Below, piece by piece: positions 52,549 through 64,000 of a stretch of DNA of 64,000 nt. Origin of the DNA: Phyllosticta citribraziliensis (lineage: Eukaryota); NCBI RefSeq assembly GCF_038025025.1, contig NW_027117353.1:496001-560000 (forward strand). The letters run 5' to 3'. The notes under the pieces were generated by a model. The model was given only the letters and a program-made list of their open reading frames with translations, had not been told where the DNA came from and did not search any database. Each line of letters begins with the position of its first letter. The first letter of the stretch is position 1. Made by a program: the position numbers and the translations under genes.

Positions 52549-52859
52549 GGGAGGACTTGGGAGCTTTTGGTGCGCTTTTCCTGCAGTCCGCAGGAGCTGG
52601 TCGCTGACATTCGCATAGGACCATCCTTCCGGCGCACAAATTGTATAGCAGCACCTAGACACGATACCCACAATGCATAGCAATATATCTTTCTTTGGTC
52701 TCTTAGCCAGACTGGCCTAAAAAGTACATGTGTCACAACAGATTACAAGAGCAGAATATTTACACCCTGAACTGCAAGCACTTGTCTATTTTGGGTGTCC
52801 GATTCGAACAGGATCTTTTCCGGCCTTGGGAACGGCCACTCACGATCTTCTGTGGCAGT

Positions 52860-54697
52860 CTATTTCTTGTGCATCTCTTCTCTCATCTGCTGCTTGATCT
52901 TTGTCACAGCTCCGCTGCCATTGTAGGCCATGCTCGTGTAAATCATGGCCACGCTGGCGCCGGCGTTGAGCAACTTGAGGGCTTGCTCACCATTGGACAC
53001 GCCACCAGTCGCCCAAATCTCCTTGGGCTCATGCGAAAAAGGGCTTCTCACAACCACCGTCGAAGGCGGCGCTGCGGCCTTGACGACAGGCGCGGATTTG
53101 GCAAGGTCGTCGGAGTTGGAAGACGGCGGGTCGGAAGCATTAGGGAGACTCAGCTGTCCCTTTGAGGCCTCATCCGCAGTCTCCGCCTGAGCCGGCTCTT
53201 TGGATTCTTCCGTCGGCAGGCGCGGGCCCTTGTCGAGCATTTTCCTGTACCTACCCACCAGCGACAGAGTGCGGTCGAACATTTGCGGACCAGAGTAGCC
53301 GCCAGTCTCCAGCATCGTGTCCTGCTCCTCGGCTGGAAGAATGAAGCCTCGCGGCAGAGGGTCAGGCCTTTTGTTCGTAGTGTTGCCAACAATGACGCCG
53401 TCCACGCCGCTTTCCCAGACGGCGTCGCAGATGCCAGACATTTGTTCATCGCTATCCTCGTCAGGGCTGACCTTTACCATGACGGCAGGTTTGGTCTTGC
53501 GATCGGCAGACTTGGCCGAGTCGACCACTCCACTGAGGATTCTGGTCAGGGGCTCGACGCGCTGAAGGGTGCGCAGGCCCGGAGTGTTGGGGCTGGAGAC
53601 GTTGACGACAATCACATCTGCGTACTTGGCCAAGCGGTCGACGCAGTAGACGTAGTCGTTCTTGACAGCCTCAATGTCACCATCAGGCGTAGTCTTGTTC
53701 TTTGCCACCTGGTTCACTCCGGATCAGCACCCTCCGTGGCGCGGTATCCCGATTCTGCACCTACCTGGACGCAAAGTATTTTGCCTGGGACAAGACTTCC
53801 CGGGGGAACGCCAGCTTGACCATCCAGAACCAGTTTCTCGGCATCAGGGCCCATTCCGAATCCCAATTGGTATGCAAACTCGCGCACGCGCTGTCGAAGC
53901 CTTTGTGCTACAGTGTCCGCGCCTTCTGAGTTGAGGCCGTACCGGTTGATGATGGCGTTCTGCGAAGGTACGCGGAAAACTCGGGGCTTTGGGTTTCCTT
54001 CCTGTGGCTGGGGAGTGATGCCACCAACTTCCACAATCGCAGGTCCCAGCGCAAAGAGCGCATCTGGGACCAAGGCGTTCTTGTCCAGTCCAGCAGAGAT
54101 ACCAATGGGGTTGTCAAGAGTGTGTCCATATACTGTGACCGTCAGGTCACCCGCAGCATCGGGGTCGCCGCGTTCCCGGGGGTGAAGACCGAACCGATGC
54201 AGAGTATCGAGCGCGGCAATGGTAATGTGGTGCGCCTTTTCGGCGTCGGGGAAAAGAGTGCGGATCAACGGAGGTACGACATATTGGTGGATGCTCGCGC
54301 GCGTGTCCGTGGCGTAGAGGTATCCAATTCCGCCGACAATTACGAAGGTGGTTCCAAGGAAAAGGTTTCGGAGGCGTCTCGAAAATGAGCGAGCTCCACT
54401 AGCAGCTCCAGCGGCTCCGGTGGTCGTCTTAGCGGCGGATTCTTTTGCGGATTCTTTCACTGTCTCTTTCGCAGTCTCTTTGGCGGCCTCGCCCTTGGAT
54501 GCAGCTTCAGCAGTGGCCTCAGATGCCGCTTTGGACGCGTTGTCGGCAGAAGTCGAGGAGAAGCGGAAGGATGCGTTCGAGAGACGGGAACAAGAGATTG
54601 GGAGAGGCCCTTGGTGGGCGAATCGATGGGACGCGGACGGGCGTATAGATGCCCAGCGCACAGCGTGCTTTTGCAGCACGTTTGCGCGGATTGACAT
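52860..54697 (-). CDS. URA9: Mitochondrial class-2 dihydroorotate dehydrogenase (quinone)
   Basis: Exons 54697-53765 and 53708-52860. Presequence plus TM, then NPIGISAGLDKN, PQEGNPKPRVFR, INRYGLNS, VNVSSPNTPGLR, KVSPD, GNTT and ATGGV. Confidence 0.95.
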
Positions 54698-55045
54698 GGC
54701 TGAAGTTGGTCGGAAAGGTGGTTGAGAATCCACGCGCAAGGGTGTCGTCCGCGGCTTATGTAAGCGACAGCTCGTCCGTCAATCGTGCCAAAACATCCAA
54801 CTTTGACTGAGACTCGATCACATCATATCATCTCTATGGAAGCTCTTTTGCCAGCCACGAGGCCCGGATGAGGTCACCATCCTACTACGGACTTGTTTAC
54901 GTCGCCCAAGCAGCGCTTTTCTTCGCGGATGGACGGAGCAACTGAAACCACCGCCAAAAGCATTCTACCTCTCCAGAAGACTGTCATATTGAATTTGGAC
55001 CGAAGTACAGTCTACGGGCCTTCATTTCTCCACAACAGAGCTGTT

Positions 55046-55430
55046 TCAACGTGATCCTTCTGATTCGGATTCAGAATCAAAGCCCTTGCCATTGTCGGAC
55101 GTTTGGGTTAGGCGAAATCCTACAAGAATTTCGTATGCCTCTTCCCAGTCGGGCATGACGACACACCCATGTTCCTCCACACAGAAGATAGTCAGCTCAT
55201 CCATATTCGCCCTGAACGTCACGCCATCCTCATCAACAGCCCCCAAAACCCGCCGCCTTTCCGACCCGGTGAAACTGCTCGCCGCCATCCGCTCTTAACT
55301 ACGGTTTGGAATGATTGAAAACCAACACGAGAGCCCTTCTCCTATCGGGAAACCCCACTGGATTGAGACCCAGTCAAGTTGCCGTTCAGCAAACACCAAT
55401 TTCCCAAAATAGTCAACGCTGTAACGCTGT
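55046..55430 (-). pseudogene. Degenerate fragment of the array family (C-terminal half)
   Basis: RLNSVTALTILG resembles RRNALIALRKIG; ASSFTGSERRRVLGAVDEDGVTF resembles AKSFTCAEKAKVLHTDQDGSTF. Contains stops and frameshifts. Confidence 0.55.
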
Positions 55431-56275
55431 TCAATCGCGTCCTTCCCGTCCAGGTTCACACTCCCCTGTGCCGTTCCCAATGTCAACCTTCTTCGGAGCA
55501 TCCCCCCGCAGGATATCCTGGGTATCCATAAAGTCCAGCATGATACCATACTCATCGCATAGATCAATGAGTCCTACAAGATCATCTTCAAATGTCGAAT
55601 CGCTGTCCTCAAAAACTGCCTTCAGGGCATGTGGCTTTTCCGCGTCGCTAAATCTCTTTGCAAGTGTCTGCATCGCTTCGGTGTAGACATTGCTCTTCAC
55701 CTGGATGTCTTTCTGCTCTCTCGTCCAACCTCATCGCCGCAGTCCGCAATGAGCTCCCCGATTTTCCGGAGGGTGTCGATTGCATATATCCGACATTCGA
55801 AGGTTGAAGGTTGGGACGTAATTTTTTGAACGATGGTGGTGATGCCGGTTTCGATTGAGAAAGACACGTCTCTGGCACCATCAAATTGGCTAGAGCTGGT
55901 TCCAAGCGAGCATACCGTATTCGTTTCCTTCACAACATCCTGGTAGAGGTAGTCGAAGAATATGTTCAGGGTTTTTGGGTGCCTGCGATTCATCTCCGCG
56001 ACGTAATTTTCCCAAAGAAAGTCTTGAAACGCCATATTTTGCAGAGCATAGTTGGAGAGGCTCTCTCGGATTTGATCGGGCGTCAGAGTATTGATTGCTT
56101 CTCCTAGGGTCACAGGAACCACGGCAAGTGAAGATGCTGGACCCCCGCAGACAGGAGCCGTGGCATTCTGAGGGGTTTCCAGATTTCCGATGCAAGCTTG
56201 AGGAGCTTCCAGATGCGTACGCTTCGCATTCGGAGCAAAAACGGGCTCCGCGGATCTTGAGCGTTTGCTGGCCAT
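55431..56275 (-). pseudogene. Array copy A (LRKIG helical-domain family), -1 frameshift at ~55710
   Basis: MASKRSR..AKRTH, then AIDTLRKIGELI..GRE; homology continues in the -1 frame as KDIQVKSNVYTEAMQTLAKRF. Confidence 0.65.
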
Positions 56276-56707
56276 TCGAAAAAGTTGGGAGAACACCTGG
56301 GTAAGCGTACGACAAGGAGAAATCAAGAGAGAATAACGTGGAGAGTAGTCGCGTTCGTGTGGTGTTCTCAAACACAAACGCGGTCGCGTATAACGCGCAA
56401 GGCAAGGATACCGACTGATGGCCCCCCTCTTCACTGACTCGAAAGCATATGCGGTCTGCCTTATTCCTCAACCACTGGCCAGACTACTTCAATAGGTCAC
56501 GCAATGTTGAGTACGACACGCTTGGACTGCAATCGCCATTTGCTATGCCTTTCATCGCTAGAAAAACGCCGCTGCAGAACTCGTGCTTCTCGCCATATTT
56601 CCCCCCTCTCATCGACATTTTCCAACAAGCTGGTGGATGCTATTCGAGCTTCCATCGCGGAAATGATGACTCCGAAGAGCCTTGCGATGTGATGCAGGCC
56701 GATGGCT

Positions 56708-57522
56708 CTATTTCTTGCCTCGTCGACGGCGATGAACGATCTTAGTGATCTCAACGATCTCCCAGTCGCTGTCGCAATCGGAGTCGCCGACGGAGGGACT
56801 AGGAAGGACTTCTACTGCTCCCTCGACTACTGGCTTGGCTTGTTCGTGCCCGTAGCCTGGCTCGTTTTCTTCGATTTGGTTTTCTGGATCCTGTTCTCCG
56901 TGCCTGTTTCCTGGCCCATTTTCTCCGACTTCGTCTCCTGGCTCCCCTTCTCCGTACTTTTTCCCGGGCTCATTGTTCCCGTACTCATGTCCTGGCCCGT
57001 CTGCTTCAGAAGTCTGGTCTCGGAGGGCAGACACGACTTTTTCCAGATCTGGAAACAGCCCGAGTTCACGCGACAAGTCGAGCAATTGCAAAAGCTTCTC
57101 CTCATGCTTTTATCGCAGTCGCAGTCGCAGTCGCAGACATAAGGCTGGTAGTCCTTTGTCAAGGACTTCCAAGTGCCCGACGTCTCTACGTTAAAACCGC
57201 GGAGTTTGTCCTCGAAGATCATGTCTTTTTCTCGGTCTTCCACAAGGTGATCGCGAAGGGGTTTGAACTTGGTTGCAAATCGGCCAAGAATCTCTTTCAA
57301 CTTCTCTGGCTCCTCTGGATCCAAGGATATCAGAGCTTCTTTGAGCTCGGGGTCCATATCTTGCGGCGGGGATGTTTGGATTAGCCGATCGTTTGCGGCC
57401 ACATCTCTGCAGTGCTGTTCGTTGGAATTTTCCTCGGTGAGACGTGCGCGCTCCGCGCAACGTGTCTTGAATTCTTCGTCGTATGGTAAGTTGCTCTTCT
57501 TTAAATTGCGCTCGCGGGACAT
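56708..57522 (-). pseudogene. Array copy B, central domain deleted and frameshifted at a (GACTGC)n tract
   Basis: LKEALISLDP..LKEILGRFATKFKPLRD in one frame; HEEKLLQLLDLSRELGLFPDLEK and an acidic tail in another. The LRKIG segment is absent. Confidence 0.6.
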
Positions 57523-57897
57523 ATTGGAGGAAGCGAAATATTTCTCGCTTCAGAATTCTCTGTAAGACGTGGGCGCTTTGGCGTCGTGAGCTTTCCAGTG
57601 TTAGGGCGCTTGCGGGACATGCTGGATAGAGCGAGCGATCCGACGAAGCGTTGATTGTGTACGGTAAGTTTCTTGTAAACACTTGAAGGAGAGAAGTCGG
57701 TTTCGGTGTCGGTGAAGATCTGGTCCGCTAATCCTTTTTAGCCAGACAACGCACGAATCACGATATACATCACGTCGAGGCCTTGAGAAGCGCCAAGACT
57801 GCTCTACCATCGAGCGCGAATGACCGGGAATTAAATGAAATGACCTCTATTTCGCTATCTCTGTTCACAAGCAGGGTGGACGACCTCGATTGCTACA

Positions 57898-58641
57898 TCA
57901 TTCCAGCTCGTCCTCTTCAGGCGTCAGACCTTGAAGGACGTGCAAGCTGCTTTCCAAATGAGTAAAAAGAGCCTGGAAATAGCACTGTTGAACCAACTCG
58001 ACGAACTTTTCCTCGAAAGTCTCACCCTCCTCTTTCGCGCGCAGAACAGTCGCTTTTTGCTTCTTATTGAAGCCTTTCGCAAGCTTTATGCACACGTCGG
58101 ATATAACCCAAGACGACTTGAATTTTTCCCTGACTTGACGACCAAGCGGCCCCTCACAGTCCAAGATGAGCTGTCCAATTTTTCTCAGGGCCATGATGGC
58201 ATTCATGCGGGTTTCAAAGGGCGGCTCAGACTCATCACCGACGTAGCTTATGATCTTTGAAACCGTGTCATAAGCTGACTGCGCGTCTTGGTCGGAGATG
58301 CTCTCCTGCTTTTCCGCCGAACTCAATACCCTCGAAGCTTCTTGAACTTGCAGCCCGAATTTTTTTTACCAGGGACTTCCTGCTTTCTGATACTCCTTGC
58401 TCTTCATGAATACACGGTTGCGGAGAGGCTTGGCCTGCGACGCGGTATCGTACAAAAGCTCTCGCCAGTCAGTGGGTCGGAGAACATCGAGTGCGATTTC
58501 CAACTTACAGTCTCTTTCTGGAGATGATAACCTTTCGCTGGCGACTGCATTCCCCGTGCCGGCGTCGGCAGTTTTTTCGACACGCGTGCGTTTCGCGGTG
58601 GATGAGCCGGGCTCTGCGGCTCTGGAGCGCTTGCTAGACAT
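57898..58641 (-). pseudogene. Array copy C, single in-frame TAA at 58366-58368
   Basis: ORFs 58366-58803 and 57898-58326 share a frame, with 13 sense codons between them. Contains RMNAIMALRKIG. Confidence 0.65.
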
Positions 58642-58833
58642 GTTCGGCAAAACGATACAGAGTGGTGGAGGAGTGGGTGCGTGTCCGAAAAGCAGTTGTG
58701 GAAGAAACGACGTCGTGCAAGATCCGGCATGTCTCCGCTCCTTTTGATGGAGCGGCCTCTCCACATCCCCACGAATCGGCATCCCGTCATGGCCGGGAAA
58801 CACGCCGAAATGATGATACAGAAGGGTCCTCCA

Positions 58834-60045
58834 TTAGCGAGCGCGTCGAACGAACTCAATGATCTCCATATCGCTGTCTCTGTCGCTGTCGCTCTCGACC
58901 TTGTTGCTGGAAGGACATTGAACGACCTTGATGATCTCGATGTCGCTGTCGCTGTAGCTGCCGGAAGGCTTGCCGGAAGGCTTTCGAGGGGCCTCTTCTC
59001 CATCCTCATCTTGCGACTCGTCGTCTCCATCCTCGTCCGACTCGTCTTCTTCATCTTCGACTTCTGACTCTTCTTCTCCGTCCTCGTCTTCCGGCCAATC
59101 GTCGTTATCCTCGCCTTCCGAATCGCCTTCTTCATCCTCGTCTTCGGATTCTTGCTTTTGCAGGACAGACAAGCTTTTACTCAACTTTGGGAAGATGCAG
59201 TAGCCACGCGCCAAGTCAACCAACTCCACCAGCTTCTGCTCAAAAGTCGATCCATCCTGGTCCGTGTGCAGTACTTTCGCCTTCTCTGCGCACGTGAAGC
59301 TCTTTGCAATCTCCAAAAATGCGTCTGTAAAACCGTTCTGATCTGAGGTGTAGTCTTTCCTGACTTCGTGCGGGATGACGCCCTCGCTGAGCGTAATCGA
59401 CTTGCCAATCTTCCTCAATGCAATGAGCGCGTTTCTCCGCGCTCTGAAGGACGTATCAGAGTGGGCGTTGTCAGTGATGGACTTGATCGTTCTCTCAATG
59501 GTCCAGGAAGCGCCACCAGCAGCATAAAATTGGGCAGAGCCGCTCTTCCTATCGTGCGTCACGTTCAACTCCCTCCAGACCCTTTTGCTTTGCCAATCGA
59601 AATCCACGATTCTGTCGTTCATGGATTCCAGCTCGTCTTGGTATTCCGTAAGGATGGCGTCGCGAAGAGGCTTGAAACGCGGCGCGAACCTGCGCAAGAT
59701 GCCTTGGAAAGGCTATGGATCCATGTATAGGAGGGCCGAGTACAACACGTCGTCAGATTTCAGCTCGTCGCTGCTGAAAACGCCGTCCAGCTCTTGGGTG
59801 TATTCCGCGACGATGCAGTCCCGAAGGACTGAGACTTTTGGCGCAAACTTGAGAAGGATTTCTTGGAATTGATCCGGGTCCATGAATTCGAGGGCTTCCT
59901 CCAACTCAAAATCGTTTCGTCGAGCTGAGGACTTTTGACCGTAGAAAGCGATGGAGGCGCTGGCTTCAGCGGTACTTTCGACGCGTGCGCGCTTCGCGCT
60001 GGGTGCGCCGAGCTCTGCTGCTGTGCTTGAGCGCTTTTTGGACAT
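58834..60045 (-). pseudogene. Array copy D, single in-frame TAG at 59713-59715 (or a 287-aa downstream ORF alone)
   Basis: ORFs 59713-60333 and 58834-59697 are in frame: ATG GAT CCA TAG CCT TTC CAA GGC ATC TTG. Contains FDWQSKRVWRELN...SGSAQF...RRNALIALRKIGKSI and an acidic tail. Confidence 0.65.
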
Positions 60046-62227
60046 GTTTACGGAGTGGGTGGTGTTGTGTGTGGAGTTGCAGAGGATTTTGCGCGAGGTT
60101 GTTGTTGTTGTCTGGTTGTTGTTGTCGTTGGCGTTGGCGAAGAAGCCGAGATCGCGTCGCGGCCGCCGCAATCTGTACCGACAACAAACGACGCCGACAC
60201 CACTCGCACCATCATTCACCCCACAGCAAAGGCCAATGATTCCTCGCTCTTTCACTCCACTCCCGTCAGCTGGAGTGGGGAACCCGCCCTGGTGGGTCGC
60301 AAATGAAGCCAGGAGCACCGTCGCTCGCACCACTGGATTTCTCCACGGCTAGCGGTTGAGAGTCCGACAGAGTCCGACTGCGTTTGAGAGTTGCGTACCG
60401 CCGTCGCCGTCGCCAATCTCCAGAATTTCAACCGCTTTGAAGGTCGCAATCGCAACACTCCCGAACGTTTTGCGACTTTTTCGCTGTCCATTCTGGGAAT
60501 CCCCCACAGGTGGTTTTCCTCCGACTCCAAGTTGAACAGCGTCATCACTTCCTGATTCTGGGAAATCGCTCCGCAAGCGCTTGCGTGACGTTTTTGACAG
60601 GATGGACAAAGTAAGAGGGGAAAACTGAATGTGGAGGCGCGTCTTCGTGAGTTTGTCTCAAGGAATCAAGATTGAGGTCGTGTCACAGTCGTGAGACACG
60701 GCAGGGAAATATCAACCGGCTTTCCTTCTCCCAGTCGCCGACATCCTGTCCTTCACGATCCCCGAAGCACGTGTGCCCCGCGGGACTACAACCCAACGAC
60801 ACGCCTTTTTGGCCCTTTGCCGCGGGCTACTACAACTTCATTCCACATTGTGGCTTGTCGAGTTTGCGAGAATGCTCGCGAAGTCCAACGTTTCTTTCTC
60901 AGACTCTATTTCTGGTTGTACTCAAGCCGGCGGACCAATTACGGGAATGCGCTGGCCTGTTCTTACTTTGTCCATTCGACGGCAGCTGTTGCTTCTTCCT
61001 GTCTTGATTCTGACTTGCCAACAGAGCTTTATTTCCATGAGTGTCCTTAAGAATGTCGCTTGATCTCTCTGGCCCTCACTGGGTACAAATCGGCGTGCAA
61101 CAAGATCAGCGTCACTTTCCGAGAAAGCGACCGCGCCCCGCACAAGGCAGACAGCATTCTGGCAACAATTGCTCTCAAGGTGGAGCACAAGGCAGGTGAC
61201 AGCTCCTGACGTGTCAACAGCGCGGATCAAGAGCATACCTGGCCGGAGCTGGATCTCAAAAGTCCCGGGGTCCCACTCAGCCGGCCAAGAACTACGACAG
61301 TGTTGAATACCAAGACCGAGTGGACAATCTGCATGGCGCAGCAGTTCCGCAGCCCACATTGTTGCAAGATCTGACTTGCAGACCTTGACCGGCCAAGATA
61401 TCCATGTCACACACACGTCTGTCCTGCAGAACACCAGTTGTCTATCTGTTTATCGTGGGCATGTTTTGCAATCTGAATGGGCTGTGAGGCCTGCACATGG
61501 CCGGATCCTACCCCATAAGGCACGAAACTGTGGGGTTCCCGGTCCCCGCACTCGCAGCCCACACGCAACCATGTCCGCGCCTTGCGCCCCTACCAGCCCT
61601 TAGCCGACCCCGCGTACAGCCTCTTCGAGTGGTTGGTCCGTGTGGCTGCTGACTGAGTAACACACGAGTGATTCAACAGGCCTGAGAATAGCTGTTTGTT
61701 TCCTTTTTGCGTAACTCGCTCTTCGGACGACAGGAGATTGGCGTGGCTAGACACTGTTCGAGTCGATGCCGCCACGCGAAAAGAAACGATTCTGTCAGCT
61801 GGAGTATGCCACGGCAAAGGTCTGGCCGCGGTGACGAGGCTACGAGCGAGGAGGTGGGGCAAAGGACGCAATGGGGACGATCAGCTCGCGGGGTTCCTGA
61901 GAAGAGCTGGGACTGCAGTATCCACTCGGCGTTGTTGATAGCGTCACAGTAACACGGTCAATGGAGCGGAATGAGCCCGCCATTTGACCTCAGTGGCCCA
62001 AATGATCGCCATCCAATCACCTACCCATATTAGTCCGAGGGAGATCAGATTACAGATGACGCTGGTGGGGACGCTAAGGAGGGGTTGAGGGTGAGTACTT
62101 AAGGCAGTGTGAGCTTTTGAGCGGGAGTTCTAGAATTCGAAGACGAAGAACATTTCCCTGTGCACATTGCTACCATCTAGAGTCTTGACTTGCTCAGCAG
62201 AAAAAGCAGAAAGGAATCGGCAGCAAA

Positions 62228-63815
62228 ATGGCATCAACAGAACCTGCATCCACCGAGCACGTCGAAGTCCACTACGACATTCCGGCAAAGACGAAAGCCG
62301 GTGTTGTCGTCAATGAGGGTCCAGACTTTAGGATAGAAGTCCAAGAAGTCGATGTACCAGAACCAGGTCAGTGTCTTCCGATTCCTGTTGACGGCGTTGC
62401 GTGGCCGTCATCGCGAGAGGGAGTGTAGTCAATGCAACGACTTTCGCGGCCGACATCGCTCTGTTTGGCTTCTCCCCCGCGATAAAAATATCAAACTTTG
62501 CTCAGCCCTACATCTCGACCTGGGTGCTGGAAGCTTCAACTCTACGCCACTCTACGCCACTCGCCGCCTAATTGATGCCAAAGACTTGTCAAAAGAAGCC
62601 AATTACTGACCAGACTGTCGCAAAGGGCCGAATGATTTGCTCCTCAAGCTCAGCTGTACTGGTCTAGTAAGCGCCCTCCCAAAGTCAAACGGTTAAGCGG
62701 CTAATGCCGCGACAGTGCATGTCCGATGTACACTTCATGGCAAACGACTGGGCTCTGCCCAAGATGTCGGCCTTCGGCGTGCAGTGCGCAGGCCACGAAG
62801 GCGCAGGCGTAGTCGTCAAGGTGGGCGCAAACGTCAAGCACTGGAAGGTCGGCGACCGCGGCGGAGTCAAGCCGCTCATCGACGTGTGCGGCAACTGCGA
62901 GCTCTGCTGGGATGGCAAAGAAAACTACTGCCCACGGGCCTCCTACACTGGCTTGGTTGCAACTGGTAAGCTTGAAATGACTCCGCTGAGCTTCGCGGCT
63001 TTCGGCCAGTCGTCCGCTCCGTGCTGATGGCTTTTGCAGGCACGTATCAGCAGTACATCGTTTCCCCGGCCAAGTACACGTCGCCCATACCGGCGGGCGT
63101 CCCCGATTATGTCGCTGCTCCAATCATGTGCAGTGCCAGCACGATGCACCGGTCTCTCATCGACGCCCAACTCAAGCCTGCCTCATTTGTCGTCTTTCCC
63201 GGCGGTGGCGGCGGCGTCGGAATCCAGGGCGTGCAGCTCGCGAAAGCTCTGGGACACCGCCCAATAGTCGTCGACACTGGCGCTCAGAAGAGAGACCTCT
63301 CCCTGAAGTTGGGCGCCGAAGCTTTTGTCGACTTCATGGAGCACGGCGCGGAGACGTCCGAAGAGGTGAAGCGCGTCTGTGGTGATTTGGGCGCTCACTG
63401 TGTGATTGTGACGGCTCCGCAGGCCTACAAGAATGCAATCAGCTACGTTGGAAACCGCGTCGGTTCCAAGATCATGTGTGTCGGTCTGCGTAAGTAATCC
63501 CTCGTTCTAGACCCCCTAAGACGATGGTGGAATGAATGCGCCGGCATTGCCAACAAGGCTGACTGTCACACAGCTCCTGCTGGCACGACCAAGATCGAGG
63601 CGGAGCCGTCCGAGTACATCTTCCGCAACCTGAGCATCGTGGGCACGCTCGTCGGCACCATGAAGGACACTGCGGCGTGCCTCGACTTTGCGCAGCGCGG
63701 CTTGCTGCAGCAGATTGCAGAAGTGCGGCCGCTGAGCCAGATGCCCGAGTCGGTGCAGCAGCTGCGAAGAGGTGAAATCGCCGGACGCGTCGTCATTGAC
63801 TTTGATCAACAATGA
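62228..63815 (+). CDS. Zinc-dependent medium-chain alcohol dehydrogenase
   Basis: Exons 62228-62366, 62626-62666, 62716-62965, 63040-63489 and 63574-63815. TGLCMSDVH, GHEGAG, structural Zn CGNCELC...[25 protein letters not shown]. Confidence 0.92.
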
Positions 63816-64000
63816 GCTTCTGATTCGGTGCGTGTCGTTGGAGCGTGGAGTTGGCAGGAGAAAGCGACTGCAGCATTTGAGCGCGGAGAATTCACCTTCG
63901 TATATGATATTTGAAACGTTTGTTTGGCATGCTCCTTCCTTCTCCCGTTGTTGGTGGATTCTCTTGTGCAAGCTGGCTGCAAAAGTTCAGCGCGCAAGAC

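Noticed and set aside
53709..53764. Apparent split or frameshift of DHODH into two ORFs
   Set aside because: Explained by an ordinary 56-nt GT-AG intron.
63813..63915. Cryptic peroxisomal PTS1 by stop-codon readthrough of ADH (also checked for Gpx)
   Set aside because: No TGA-CTA context, and the readthrough extensions do not end in an SKL-like tripeptide.

Overview
Eukaryotic DNA from a filamentous ascomycete (Pezizomycotina). It is GC-rich with short GT-AG introns and CTRAC branch points; Dothideomycete affinity is only my guess. I manually spliced about 15 conserved genes: a DUF6601-like membrane protein, an SREBP (Sre1/SrbA) bHLH factor, the NsdD/SUB-1 GATA factor, a CYP504B/PhacB-like P450, PP2A activator Rrd2, glutathione peroxidase Hyr1/Gpx3, a C2H2 factor, USE1 SNARE, epsilon-COP SEC28, a dienelactone hydrolase, GAF-type fRMsr, a Pth11-like receptor, a small secreted protein, sulfiredoxin, class-2 DHODH and a Zn-alcohol dehydrogenase. 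Two accessory-looking blocks stand out. The first (1-3100) is a degraded, repeat-containing segment with an inverted duplication. The second (55.0-60.1 kb) is a head-to-tail array of 4 paralogues plus one fragment of an uncharacterised NLS/helical-domain/acidic-SIM protein, and each copy is broken by a single lesion (in-frame TAG, in-frame TAA, -1 frameshift, deletion+frameshift). Also notable: a densely base-paired ~600-nt region just after the nsdD stop, two ~7.5-kb microsatellite-rich gene deserts (one with orphan splice signals), a 5-nt micro-exon and a GC-AG intron. No tRNA, rRNA, CRISPR array or transposase was recognised. All family assignments come from motif recognition, not database searches.
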